In this document: positions 34,281-47,554 of the stretch, one piece after another
Position numbering within the stretch: position 1 is the first letter of the stretch
Layout: each line of letters starts with the position of its first letter
Source: Azolla caroliniana
Taxonomy: Eukaryota > Plantae > Polypodiophyta
Direction of reading: 5' to 3'
Assembly: GCA_043228905.1 (NCBI GenBank)
Contig: JBHGNT010000011.1
Span: 5,828,001 to 5,892,000, forward strand
Length of the DNA stretch: 64,000 nt
Program-made: the position numbers and the translations under genes
Notes under the pieces: model-generated
Seen by the model: only the letters and a program-made list of their open reading frames with translations
Database searches by the model: none
Told to the model about the DNA's origin: nothing

Positions 34281-34608
34281 AGAACACAATTTCAAAATTA
34301 TATCAAGACTCTGTACACACACTGTGCTAAGTAGCACTATTTATACAAGTCCTCTTGGGACTGAACGAAGTACCATGTACTTCAATGCTCACACGAGCAT
34401 CTGACACTTACTACGAGACTATAGCTACCTAGTAGTCTATCCTATACTAGGCTTCCGATTGGACTTCCGGTTACGGATTGCACCCGGCCTCCACTGCTTG
34501 CCGGTTCGGTTGCTCACCGTCATACCGATCCGTTTTGCCCGATCCATCTCGCTTACCGGCTCCGGCTTATTCAGCCGATCCGGCTCTGGTTGAGCTTGCC
34601 GCTCAACA
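29522..34608 (-). mobile_element. Ty1/copia element F nested in the RNase H of G; Gag C-terminus and protease deleted
   Basis: LTRs 29522-29922 and 34186-34608; TSD GCTTT (29517-29521, 34609-34613); PBS 34174-34185; PPT about 29923-29932; IN, RT and RH ORFs broken by stops. Confidence 0.97.
29917..30930 (-). pseudogene. RNase H C-terminus of F plus an in-frame charged extension of about 245 aa
   Basis: YCDNMSS...HARTKHIEVHYHFVRE...DIFTKPL...HLRG, then open until the TGA inside the LTR start. Confidence 0.85.
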
Positions 34609-37600
34609 GCTTTGTCATGTAATTGGCGATGTTCACCTCAATGTCGATCTTCTGGACTTCGAGCTTCCTTTCTATTACAAGCTCCCGGATATGATGAAAC
34701 CACGCCTCAATGTGTTTCGTGTTTGCATGATAGATTGGGTTCCAAATGAGGCGTATTGCGCTTTGTGAGTCAAGTCCATCTCGGATTTCATGGCTCGTAG
34801 CCATGTGTCGGCGTTCGACACAACTATGACTTTCTCATAGGAGCTTGGTTCGCCTACGTCCGTGTTGTTGACGTAGTCGAAACCTGGTTGATAAAACTCT
34901 ATCAGCCTTCAAACTCGTCTGGATCTCCTAGGTGCTGATTTTGTTTGTTCGATTTCTTCAATTGGCTCGGACAGCCGATCGGTATTACTTGAACCGCCTT
35001 CAGGATTCCTGTTGGATGACTCGCCCCTGTAATAGGATTTTGGCGATGTCGAATCATCATCCCTTATTTCAGGATTGATTGATAGAGTAGCCTTTGCATT
35101 GGTCATTTTGACTTTGTCTTTGTTGAATCTTGTTGTCAATCTTGTAGTGGAATCAATTTCGACTAGTGAACCTCTTGCCGATTCGGAATCAACAGGGGTG
35201 GTGTTAGCTCGGTCGATTTTGACTGTTTGTCAAATCTCCGATTCGGTCTGGTGGGTCAGTCTTTCTATGAAATCTTTGTCGATTTCGAAGGAGACCTTTT
35301 TGCCGACTATTTTCTGTTGGTTCCGCTTAGAGAGAATCGAGTCTTCATTGAAGACTACGTCACTGATCCAGATCAATTTTCGGTTCTCTAGGTCCCATAG
35401 TCGGTAGCCGAATTCCCCATCGCTTCCATAATCGAGAAATATGCATTTTGTTGCATGGGGCACCAACTTGGTCCTTTTCTTCCTAGGAATGAATGTATAG
35501 GCTTCACATCCGAAATGCGGAGCCTACTGTAGGCCGGTTATTTGCTTGTGGCACTTCGAGCTGCACTGCCCTCAACGGTGATAGATTTATCAGGTAGACT
35601 GCCATCGACGGTCTTTAACCCAGAATTCCAACTTTAGTCTGGAGTGTTAGAGCATTGTCGTCACCCTCTCCTGGATCGTTCAATTGATCCGTTCTGCCAC
35701 TCCATTCTGCATGGGTGTGTATGGAACAATCTTTTGGTCTCGGATCCCTTTGTTGGACAAGTACTATTTGAAGGCTAGGGAGGTATATTCACCTCCATTG
35801 TCGGATCGGAGTGTCTTCACTCTTTATCCTGATCGATTCTCCACTTCAGTTGTCCATCGAGTGAAGAACTCGAGCATTTCGTCTTTCGACCTAATCGAGT
35901 AGGCCTAGACCTTCCATGTACAATCATCTACAAATGTGATGAAGTAATGAGAGCCTACTCGTGATTGCTCGGGCATAGGCCACATATATCTATGCGCACA
36001 AGCTCTAGGGGTTGTCATATTGTCTCATAGTGGAGAGAGTGTGGACTTCGGGTCTGTTTCCCATAACGACAATGCTCATAGAAGTCTGTCTTTGTTTGGA
36101 GCTTCGAGATGTAGCCGATCTAATCTGGCTTGAGACATATGGCCGAGTCGGTCGTGCCATAGTTTTGGATCCCGTGATTCGGTTATGTTCACTTCCCCTT
36201 CTAGACTGATCGCCATCAGTGGATACAAGTTATTGTACTTATATCCATTTCCGAGTTTTAGATTTCCTCAGTTGATCATCCATGTCGACTCAGTGAGAGT
36301 CGTTTGGTACCCGTCTTCAACTAACATGCCGATGGAGACTAAACTCCTTTTGAGCTCGGGTACATGCCGACTTGGTGTAGGGTGATCATATTGTCGTTTG
36401 GAAATTGGATGGGGACCTCTCCGATCCTTGCGATTGTGCACTCCTGCCCACTACCTAGTTGGAGTGTGCCACTGGCTCCGGCCGAATAGTTTGAAAACCA
36501 TTCGATGTTTGGGGTCACTTGAAATGTGGCACCGGAGTCCAATAGTCATGTCTGTGAATCTTGCGCACTGTATAGGACTTCTCCGATCATCAAGTCCTCT
36601 AGATAGACAATTTCTGCCGTTTGGAGAACGGTTCGAGTCGCATCGTCCCTAGTTCCACTTGAATCGCCGACCACTCTCCTTCCTCTTAATCGACCAACAG
36701 TCGAAAACGTTGTGACCAGTTTTTCTGCAATGAGTGCAGAAGTCACTTGATCTATTATTTGTGGAGTTCGTCCGCTGTCGGTCTCCCCTCTTTCTGGGTC
36801 AATTGGTGTTTCGACTGGTTCATCTGACTTGTTCTCTCGATCGGCTCAATCGCTCGATCGACTTAGTCGAGTGGTGAGCTTTTGGCGACTCGTCGATGGT
36901 GAGTCCCATCGATTTTCGTCAAATGTCCTCTCTAAGGACTTGGCCGATTGTCTCGTCCAGGTTCAGCCTAGGGCAGCTGTTGGCGAAAGTCGTGCAAAAT
37001 ACCTCCCAACTCGCCGGCAAGCTTGAAAGGAGGGCAAGGACCTTAACTTCTTCTTCTAAGTTGATCCCTTGGGAGGAGAGTTCAGACAATACCCGACTGA
37101 AGGTGTTGATGTGGGAGGTTGTTGGATCCGTCTCTCTCATCGTCATGTTGAATAACTGTCAAATCAATATCAACTTTAAAGAGGTGGACTTCTTCCCATA
37201 TACAACCTGTAACTTCTCCCAGAAAGAGAATGTTGTTGTCTCCTTGGGCCATACTAAAATAGATGTTTTCCACCAGATGCATCCGAATGGTGGAGCATGC
37301 TATTTCATCCATGGATCTCCACTCTTCGGCAGACATTGAAGCAAGCTTTTCGTTGTGTCAGATGGCTTGAACTTGTCTTCAGATAGCATGTCTTGGATCA
37401 TTTCTTTCCATAAGGCCAAGTTTTTTCCATCAAACTTCCGGATTTCTACATTTGTGACGGATTGTGTTGCCATTTTTTGGGGGATAAACGTTGTTGGCCT
37501 AGTCTTTTCTTTCAGCTTTTCTACTTTTTGATGCCGTTGAACAGCAAGTCACTCTGATATCGATTGATGTCAATATATAAGTAGATACGCGGAAGAATGT

Positions 37601-38142
37601 ATGAGGACCTGTATTGAGCTGAACAACAAACAACATAGATACGTGACAAGAAGAAGAAATAATATAATAGACCTAGGTTTCGAGCTTCTCACAATGAAGG
37701 TTCTTATTCTCTATTTCTTTATAACTCTTTCTCTCCAAGAATCAAGAAGATTCAAGTTACAATGTTTGGGTTGAGCTTATATACTCAAGCCCTAGATAGA
37801 AGACATGTTCTCACTAGGATACAAAGTGGAAAGAGTCGGCCTTTTATGCCAACCGTTACAACACTTCTTAGTCTCCTCTACCTATCATATGATTATGAAG
37901 GGAGAGGGACGACATGTAATGCCATTAAAAAACTTGAATATGCATTTGAGGAAATGATCCCCACATGCTCTAACATCCAAAAATTCCATATGAGAATACC
38001 TTTCAGCTTCTTTATGTAGGCTTTCATCCCATTTCTATTATGAAACCTGAAAGCATTATGCATATTCCAATTCTCTTTCCCTCTCTCTTTTTTTATTGCA
38101 ATTAGCTTTGCCCTAGTGGTAAGTCGTTTACACTACATCTTA

Positions 38143-38198
38143 GGTTCGAACCCATGCCCACCTAGTCTCCATTGGGCAACCTTACCAACTAAGCTACA
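38143..38198 (-). mobile_element. tRNA-derived SINE-like head
   Basis: Minus strand: A-box TAGCTTAGTTGGTAAGG and B-box GGTTCGAACC at tRNA-like spacing; no complete cloverleaf. Confidence 0.5.
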
Positions 38199-38281
38199 TC
38201 TATCTAGGCCGGTACACAACCCATTTGGTTGTAAATGAATTGTCTCATGGGCCAATTTTGGTCTTAGAAGACTTTAATATA

Positions 38282-38282
<1 letters not shown>

Positions 38283-38345
<63 letters not shown>
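38283..38345. repeat. (CT)n(CA)n microsatellite
   Basis: Direct read. Confidence 0.95.
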
Positions 38346-38348
<3 letters not shown>

Positions 38349-38999
38349 TATTACATGAAATGTAATATTTATGGTCTCATAGGTTATATTTTACCTCTGA
38401 ACATGATAATAGAATCTCTCTCACTCTCTCTCATATTGAACCACAACCATCTAGCATAACATTGTGCAAAATAGACATTACATTCAAACCCATGATTCTA
38501 ACAAAGAAGTGATATATAGTGTAACAAAGAAGTGCAACAGTAGCAAACCCAATATGATTCATAAATAAATAAATTGGTTTAAACCCAATAAGATTCATAA
38601 GTAAATAAAAATTTGAAAGTCTCCTTGTTAGTTTTCAAAACATTAGCTTCACCCCTATATTTAGAAATTGGAATGTAAATAATGTCATTGAATGATAATA
38701 TCAACATGATATTTATGATTTCTAATCTATTGTCTTTTTGTACTCATTATCAACTTTTTGAATTGGGCTAAAGTTGATATGTTTCAACAATAACATGAAT
38801 TTTCATGTTATACAAAACAAGAGAGTGAATAATAATGAACTCAAATTTAAGATTTGAAAAAAGCACATTCTAAGCTTGTACAAGGTTGTGCCACATCATT
38901 GACATATGCACACGTATGATAAGCTCGTACAAATAATGCAAACACATATAATGGCATGAAATGGACGAATGTTTTGCAATTGTGCTTCAGCCTTAAACA

Positions 39000-41000
39000 A
39001 ACCCATTTTTTGACCCTTATACATCATGTCCTCATGTAACTCTCCCCTAATAGATGTAAATCGTAATTATATGGAGGTATTACACAATGAGAGAAAGTTG
39101 TGCTAAATATACACTTGGCCCTTGTTTAGTAAAGCAGTAAATTTTGGAACCTCATGTGTGCCAACCACCACTTGACGAACAATAGGGCACCAATAAAAGC
39201 AACATTTGAACTCTCATATTGAATTGATGAGTGGAGCTAATTAACCAATCAAACTTTACTCGAAATATTTTGATATCACATTCATTTTATTTGTTGTGCC
39301 TATTATGAAGGGGACTATACCAACTTTACGCTAGAGGCTCATCACAAATGCTCAAATTTCAGTCCAAGCATGAGTTTACGTGTTGAAATAATGGCGATAA
39401 TTTACATTTTTCCTAGAACATTTATGATTCCATCTACCATAATACACACATGCACAATGTGTTTATGTCCATATAAATTATTCCAACAACCACATTTATG
39501 TCGTGCATTGAAGTTTTGCATGATTGATTATCATAAGGAAACATAATAGGAAATGGGGCATAAAAGAAAATGCCTATAACTTGTTTACAAGGTAGAAGTT
39601 AATCTCCCCCATAGGACCCGATTTATAATACATAAATCATTCATGACCATGGTGAGAACAAACTTGTTTCTAATTGCCAATACCTCATTTCTAGTTTTCC
39701 TCTTCTTTGAGTTGGGTCCACATTCATTGTCATAGCTTGTAGGGTTCAATCTCAATGTGTACACTATTGTTTCTAAAGATCAATAGTTCATCATTGATAC
39801 CCCTTGTCAAAGACCCTAACATTTTGTCCCAAAACTATTACTAAAGCTCTAGTGATTTTTGGTAATTATACTCATCATTTTTTTCTAACAACTTTTGGTT
39901 CTCTCTTTTGTTATTGTGTGATTTTTCCTTTACAAAGTGTTTGATGGTTGATAATCTTAATGAAAGAGAATTTGGTTCAATAAGGTATTGGCACTCCTCA
40001 ATCAAATGATTTAGATATTGTTTTCAACTACATTATTGGACCTTCTTGATCATCCTACAAGAACACGATAGATGTTATCATTGGAAATGAACAACTAGTG
40101 TTATGGTTATATTGAAACTTGAACATCATGTTTATATGTGATATATGTTGACCTAAACTTCATTGTCATAGCCCCACAAAGTGGGCCCATAGGCAAAAAA
40201 TTTGAGCCAACTCTTAGCACATATATTAGATTTGTCTTGCAAACCTATATTACAATCATATAGTATCCCATGGGTCCCACAAACACTTTGACATTCCTAA
40301 TCATCATATTGAAGTGCTCAATTTTTCAAAATTGATTAAATCAATATGAACTACTTTATTGCACCAACCTCGTCATCCTCTTGGTAGGTGATGGATGTTG
40401 ACATGGTGGATGAAGAATTGGTGTTATATTAGCGTTAGAAGAGTGTGCACCCTAACATGATGTGGTTAAGACATGCCTTTTAATCAGCTTGGTGAAGAGC
40501 CTGATTTATAGTCATTTAGGATTGGAACCATGTAAGTTGGATTCAAGGCATCACCTCTAATGAATTAGGCTACTCTCTTGGGGATTCCTCCATTTTATCA
40601 CTTAAAATATGAATCCCTCAAAAAACATTTATCCATAGCATTTCTTTTGTTCATCTTGTCGTCTTTTAATATAACAAACTATCGTCCATAACGTCCAATA
40701 CTTTCTCTTGGTGCCTTGGTATAATGTATTCTACTATGTGCCTTTAATTTCATTGGATGTTTTGAGTGTGAAGTATCATCACCCCTTCATAAAGAGTAAT
40801 CCCCACGAATTTGATAATTTCTATATTTTTAACATAGAAGGCATTGACAAAGATATTTGTCTTCTATCATGTATTTAGTTGGGATGTGTGCATTGAATAG
40901 TCATAAGGATTAATTCTTGAAGTCTTTAGCGTGGTTTTCTTGCTAAATCATAAGAAACACACTTTGCCCACGTATTGAAAGAAGTTTTGTTGTGATTCAT
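39000..41000 (-). mobile_element. Possible highly decayed LINE ORF2 remnant
   Basis: Faint EGD (about 40780), GL*QG (about 39810) and YLG-P-like (about 39620) motifs in the expected order; no ORF. Confidence 0.3.
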
Positions 41001-43332
41001 TTTTAATCAATGTTCAATGTTTGTCCACATCATTAACTAGAGGATGTATAGTTTTCATGGATCCCATGGTGATTATAAATGTAAGATAAAACAAGTGTCG
41101 TGTGTTATATGCCAACCAAGATGGCCACTTTCAATTAAAAGAATTGATATAATACTATAAGCAATAGAGAGAGAGATTCACAGACTTTCTATCCTTTAAT
41201 ATTGTCATACTTCTTTCAATTTGACATGGTACAACGAAGGTTAGTTGTCATACATCTTCCTATTTCTTGTACATGTAGATATTGAATATTATGTGCCATC
41301 ATGAATTATTGAGCTACCATATTTAGAGGCCTTACCTAATATTAATGGTGGGGTTGTTACAAGTGTTACCCCTCTAACTTTTTTCACCATGGTGTGAAAA
41401 CCAAACTTCATATGCATCATTCAAATTGTTACTTCTCTGGAGACTTGAAATGTAATAGAGTTTGAATTGCTCGCGAGAAGCAACATTTGATACAAAACTT
41501 GACAAAAGTAGAGAAAACTAACCATGTTCGATAGAAACCAGCCATGTTTGGTTAAAATTTGTATCTGTTCATTTATCCTAAGGTTAAATTTATCATAAAG
41601 CTTGACAAAATATAATGCATTTGAATAGAAAATATTTGAAAATGGCATATTTATTTTAAGTCCATAGCTAGAACTTAAAGAGGGGGGAGGTAGGTGTCAT
41701 TATATAAAGCAATTTCTTCTATAGCCTCATGGTGATTTCTTAATGCAAATGTATTATCTTTTTTATGACAAAAAGAAAAAAACATTAGAAAGAGAACAAA
41801 CTTTATTAGAGAATTTTAAATACTGAAAACTTTCGTAGGAGAAGATTTTGTATTATTAGAAATTTGAGACCTAAGTACATTGTCTATCTACCTATGATGG
41901 AATAATGAATGCATAAATCCTTAAAAAACATTATATATATTATGCTCCCTTGTTATATTATATTTTATAATTAGAGAAAGTGTACCTTGTTCATGCCCAT
42001 CTATTGTGGTTGAGTATTGTGTATTATGTTCGTTGTGATAAGATGTCTACACTATACAATGCATGTCCATCTACATGCTCACCGATATGTTTTGTGCCCC
42101 TCGCTTGCTTAGTGACTTTATTTACTAACACATCCATTGTGGATGCTTCGGTTTCTCTTCATGTCACCCTTCTATGAACCTTTTTAGAGGTTTACAATGC
42201 ACACATTGAGAATGTGTGAAATTATATACACATGCACAAAACAAAAAGCCTCCTGTAATAATAGTAATGTTAGTTCTATTGCTTAGTGTAGGTTTTAGAA
42301 TAACAAATCTACTCATAGAAACAAAATCTAACATGTAATGAATAAGTTTAATCAAGATATTATCGTGATTAACCTTTGGTGGGTGGGTGTTTGAAGGGTA
42401 GTACAAGATTGTCAATGGTAAGTACCAATATGTTGTATCGTCATTTCGTAGCATTCATGACTCTCATCTAAAGCACAAAAGGTGTGGAATGTAGGTAAGT
42501 TTGACACGAGGTGTGGAAAATGTTGTAGTTTAGTTGTCATTCTCAATTGTCAATTCGATCCAAGGTGTTCATTTGGAGAGTGATAATTGGGGCATTCCTT
42601 TAATTTCATTCCTCATGAGGAGAGAGTTGACGTCAAGTACATGTTTGAGAAGACAATATACATCAACTCATTCAATTTCCTACCGCACATGCTATTTGGA
42701 AATAAGGCAAGTTTTATTCTCTTGTTATGTTAGGCTTAGACAATGTATCTTTGGCCAATATGTGCAAAATGGACCAAAGGATGAGATGGAAATCGTGTTC
42801 CAATCTTTAAGGTAGTAGGGTTTGCAACATAATTTGAATATGCGGAATCTTGTCATATTTGATGGTAGATATGGAGTAAAGGTATATGTTAGAAAGTTCA
42901 AAGGCATACTTTGAGGCAAGTATGGATGCTAGGGCATGTGAGGTTTGTTTCATCATTTGGGTATTCAATGGTTTGTATGGCATCAAGGAATGACCCTCTA
43001 CCGATGTAGGGATGGCAATAATATTATATTGATGGTTTTTTATGGCATCAAGGAATGACCTTCTACTGATGTTGGGATGAGATTTTATTGTTGTCTTTGG
43101 AGGGAAAATATGATTTATAAGACAAAAAGTTCACACATCTCAACCTTAGATAAGAGATGGAGCTCATTTTCCTCTTTTTGAGATATTGTGGACTATGTCT
43201 GTTATTTACACATAACGTAGGTGAGGGTAGGTCACAAATATTTACATAAGTGAAGGGTATGCTCAATAATGTTAGAAAGGGACTAAAGTGATTGGATAGA
43301 AGGAATGATAGGTGCATGCACTATCATGATCT

Positions 43333-43680
43333 TGACAACCAATGAATGGAGAGTCTTTTAGAAAGGCACAACTATTCAAGGGGAATAGGAAGAGGTATAA
43401 ATATGACATTTAGCTACCCTCAAAAATATGTTATGTAGGAAGGCCGCTGTCTTAAGACACCGGTGGTGTAGGCTAGGCTTTCGTCGTGACAATTGTGTTA
43501 TCTCTTCCAAGGTATTAGTCATCATAATATTCGACGTATGGGATGTTAGTAGTAGGTTAGCTATGTCTAGATCATATCTTGGGGGTGGTTGGGTGGAACG
43601 AGTTCTTCTATCCAATTCATTTAACTTTCTTTTACATTAATCGTTCTATTGTTTAGTGATAGACTCTTAACAATGTCATA
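43333..43680 (+). repeat. LTR-like repeat of about 350 bp; second copy at 44074-44277 plus 45578-45725
   Basis: TGACAACC...AATGTCA with internal TATAAATA; the second copy is split by the 44278-45577 insertion; no TSD found. Confidence 0.75.
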
Positions 43681-44075
43681 GGCAACAACCTTGAGCTCGT
43701 CTTTGTCTAATTGATGGTTACACACACTCTCAACTGCACACTTAGATTACAACTCTGTACAATGATAACTAACTCTACAACCACACAACTAACATGTTAG
43801 CCCGAAGTATATATATACTTATACAATGTAATGGTTATTTACAAATATAGCCTCTAATCGGCTATAGATGGATCGGGAATCCGGATGCTTTCTGTAATCT
43901 GGATTCCAGATGCCTGTTGGATGTCTTCCTTGCCAATCTAGTTCCTCGTCTGGATCCGGCTGACCGATGCGTCCCATCGAGAAGGACTTGTTTCCCAACA
44001 AATTCCGCCTTCACTTCGGAATGGGATGATCCACCAGACCTGCCCGTTATCGGCATGCTTTTAGCTTGTCCATTG
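43681..44075 (-). mobile_element. 3' remnant of an A/B-lineage copia (RH tail, PPT, truncated LTR)
   Basis: SMDKLKACR*RAGLVDHPIPK* versus TPDKLEACRKRVGLERHPMPK* in A; PPT GAAGGCGGAA; LTR start TGTTGGGAAAC at 44000. Confidence 0.85.
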
Positions 44076-44277
44076 ACAACCAATGAATGGAGAGTCTTTT
44101 AGAAAGGCACAACTATTCAAGGGGCATAGGAAGAGGTATAAATATGAGGCTTAGCTACCCTCATAAAGATATTACATCGGAAGGTTGCCGTCTTAAGACA
44201 CTGGTGGTGAGGGCTAGGCTTTCGTCACGACGATTGTGTTATCTCTTCCAAGGTATTAGCATCCTAATATATGGCGG

Positions 44278-45577
44278 TGTCGTGAAGTACGAAAGCTTCA
44301 CATTAAAAGTCTACATTAAGATAAATATATAACTAAAATAAAATAAATCTTGATAATATTTTATACATAAAGATAATATTAACAACACACTATGATAATA
44401 TTATATACATTATATGTAGAGGTAAATTAATAAATATATATGTTATATTACCTGGACAAGAGAGGATTTGAGCCAATAATCCCCACCTTATGACAGTCTA
44501 ACCTTACCATTTAGCCTATACTAACAATTTACAAGAGATCATATGCGTTGTTTTATTTGAAGTAGTATTTTATAGTCTAAACCATGTAATACACCATATA
44601 GCAAATTACATGGGCAAAAAGGGACTTGAACCAACAACCCCAACCCTACGAGCATTCAAACCTTACCATTTAGCCTATACTAACAATTTGCAAGAGATCA
44701 TATGCGTTGTTTTATTTGAAGTAGTATTTTATAGTCTAAACCATGTAATACACCATACAACAAATTACATGTGCAAAAGGGGACTTGAACCAACAAGCCC
44801 AACCCTACAAGCATTGAAACCTTACCATTTAGCCTATACTTGTGATGTATATAAAATATATGTGTTGTAGTATTGTATTGTTTAAACCATGAAATGTACC
44901 ACATGTGCACCATATAGCACACATGCAAACGCCTCTCTACATGTGCACCATATAGCACACATGCAAGAGCTTCTCTGCATGTGCGCCACATGGCCCACAT
45001 GTAGAACCATCTCTTCCCTATAAAAGGAGAAGGGAGTATACTCACAAGGCAATCAAGGAATCAATCAATCATATTGAATAGAATTATTGTATGGAATTGC
45101 GCGAAATTATATTGTAAGAGATATCATAATAGAGAAAGAGGGAGAGAAGGTAAAACCTATATACAATCTTCAAAAGACAAGAGAAGAACTAGCTTGGTGG
45201 TGGTGGTGCTCAACTAGCAACGAAAAGGCTCGTCGAAAGATTCTTGAATGGAAGATTATGGTCTACTATCAAGGAAGGGAAGAGCGGTTACTTTGTGAGA
45301 TGAACATCAAAGGTCCAACGATGCTCGCAACCATTTTGTAACTCTTTCATAATAATGATTATAAATTTCCTACATTTTCTCAAATATCATTTTATATCTT
45401 ATCTTGCCATATCTCATATTTCTTAAAAATCCTAACTTATCATATCTTGTCAATCTCTATTCACTTCATCTCTACTCTTTCGTCTCTTCCGTCCATAATC
45501 CCAGTGATTCCTTCCTCACATTCACGTTATCTTTTATTTGTGCAACGCTACGCTTTTGGACGAGCCACGCCACGACA
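44278..45577 (+). mobile_element. Probable solo LTR (1.3 kb) containing three tandem tRNA-like units
   Basis: Inverted termini TGTCGTG...CACGACA; imperfect 4-bp TSD GCGG/ACGG; interrupts a repeat whose empty copy lies at 43333-43680; TATAAAA at about 45018. Confidence 0.75.
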
Positions 45578-46249
45578 ACGGTATGGGACATTAGTAGTAG
45601 GTTGGCTATGTCTTGATCATAGCTTGGGGGTGGTCAGGTGGAATGGGTTTTTGTATCCAATTCATTTACCTTTCTTTTACATTAATTGTTCTATTGTTTA
45701 GTGATAGACTCTTAACAATGTCATAATTGGGATATATGAAATAATTTTTTATTTGACGGTATGTTTTCGAAAGTTCAAGGGAGTATTGGAGTGGTAGTTT
45801 TGTTATTGGACCAAGGTAAAATTCTTTCTTTCGGTGGACTATTCATCGTGCATATTAGTAATTCAACATCTCCCACTACCCATGTGGTGGTGACATCACT
45901 CAATTATGGTAACATTTATAATTTTTTTCACATACATTTATTCATATAATTGTGTGTTTTCATCGAGATAGATATATAGATTTTATTATCAACTTTGGAG
46001 GTCAAATATGATCTATGAGACAAAAATATAACATTTTCATGTAGTACATTTGAAAGTGAGTAGAAACTCTTGATGTTCAAAAACTTTACTAATAATTGTC
46101 GCAATTGAGAGTGCACACAGTGATTGTGAGAGAAATTCAAGCAAGGATTGGGTTTGGTGGAAAATATATGGAACGCTAAGTTGGATGTGATAAAAGGAAA
46201 AACCTTATGTAAAGGTGATACTTAAACTCGCGAACTTGTGTGAATAATC

Positions 46250-47554
46250 GATTACTCTCATCACCTGTGCTCCAATGCCCTATCTCAAGTGTAGAGAGAG
46301 AAGTGATTAAATTGAGAAAGCAATAATGCTTTTACATGCCAATATAATACTTTCGAAGAAACAAACAATTCCTATTGCAAAGAATTACAATGGTCTCTTC
46401 TATATGACAATGCCATACAAATAAGGACAACACTTTGTGGCATGAAACAACCAAGTGTTGAGCACATGAAGAATGAGGAATTTTAAGCGAAATACTTCCA
46501 TAAAGTAATTGCCACCATCATGCCTTAATTGTTGCTTCAAACATTGTGGCAACAATATCCAATGGTATTTTGCCATTAAGCATTAAGTGAGACAAGGAAT
46601 GTTCCTTTGATAATAAATATAAGGCCTAAAGGAGGTTTTAATGCCTAAAGATAAAGCATTACAATAATAGTTATGTTTTAATAGGACACATATCTTGGCA
46701 TTCTTTTACAAAGACTTTGGCATTCCAACTTAGCTAATAAATCATACCAATAATTCAAAATGATGATACAATTGTCAATGCTAATATTAGCAACCTTCGA
46801 CCTCAAAAGCCATAGTTGCAAGTTGATCTTCTTGTTCTCAAGTATTTATAGTTGTAATGGTGGCTAAATATGTTTCTTACATTTGGCATTGCAAAAACAC
46901 CCATCTTGTGTTAAAGTTAATATTATCCACCCAATATAGGGATAGCTTAGAAACATGTGGGAGAAGAGCCAACAATAGGAGCTAAAGCTCAATGATGGCA
47001 AATAAGGTAACAATGGCAAGGGCGCCCACCATAAGGTTGGTGGAGTTGAGGTACACATTGCAATAGGGATCGGGAACATGCAACAAGTTGAGAATGTGGG
47101 ACAAAGGAAAGCAAGAGACATGTCAAAGGAAGCCATAGAGGAGATGTTGTAGGTTGAAAATCTTCTACAAGAATATGGGCAAGCGCATAATGCATGCTTG
47201 AGATGGGGTCACGATAAGGAAATGGACATGGAGGAGAGCTCTACGATACTGGAGGTTTTTTTGTCTGAAGAAGAAAGCAAAATCCTAAATGCGGAGATCG
47301 GAAGATTATAGAATTGCTCGTTCATTTGTAAGATACTTGGGGGTAGGCCCAGTAGAGGTATGGTCTGCGAAATGCTAAAGGTGACTCTTATGGATAGGGT
47401 CCCATAGATAATGAATATGCATAATATGGGACAAAATTTCTTCCACGTTGAAGTGGTAGAGGGGGTTACCAATTTTCTTGGCTTCCTCCAGATCATTGAA
47501 GTTAGCATGCCAATCCAACAAAATAACTCTTCCATACTTGAGCTCTACAAATTT
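46250..47554 (+). mobile_element. Decayed LINE ORF2 remnant (endonuclease to start of RT), cut by copia E
   Basis: GGDFN-like (about 46630), SDHxPI-like (about 46925), GRPSRGMVCEMLK (KAPGPDG-like, about 47342) and ITL...YK (about 47525), in the expected order. Confidence 0.45.

Larger units (their letters stand above)
28654..37854 (-). mobile_element. Old Ty1/copia element G with the RT domain deleted; host of element F
   Basis: LTRs 28654-28925 and 37565-37854 with mutated termini; TSD GTTAC (28649-28653, 37855-37859); degenerate PBS at about 37551-37562; gag (LALLSSLPASWEVF), PR (MDSGATF), IN and RH fragments. Confidence 0.92.

Noticed and set aside
38143-38198. Functional tRNA gene
   Set aside because: No acceptor stem or consistent cloverleaf; treated as SINE-like.
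46864-47535. Minus-strand ORFs resembling LINE ORF1
   Set aside because: Plus-strand ORF2 motifs in the correct order explain the region better.
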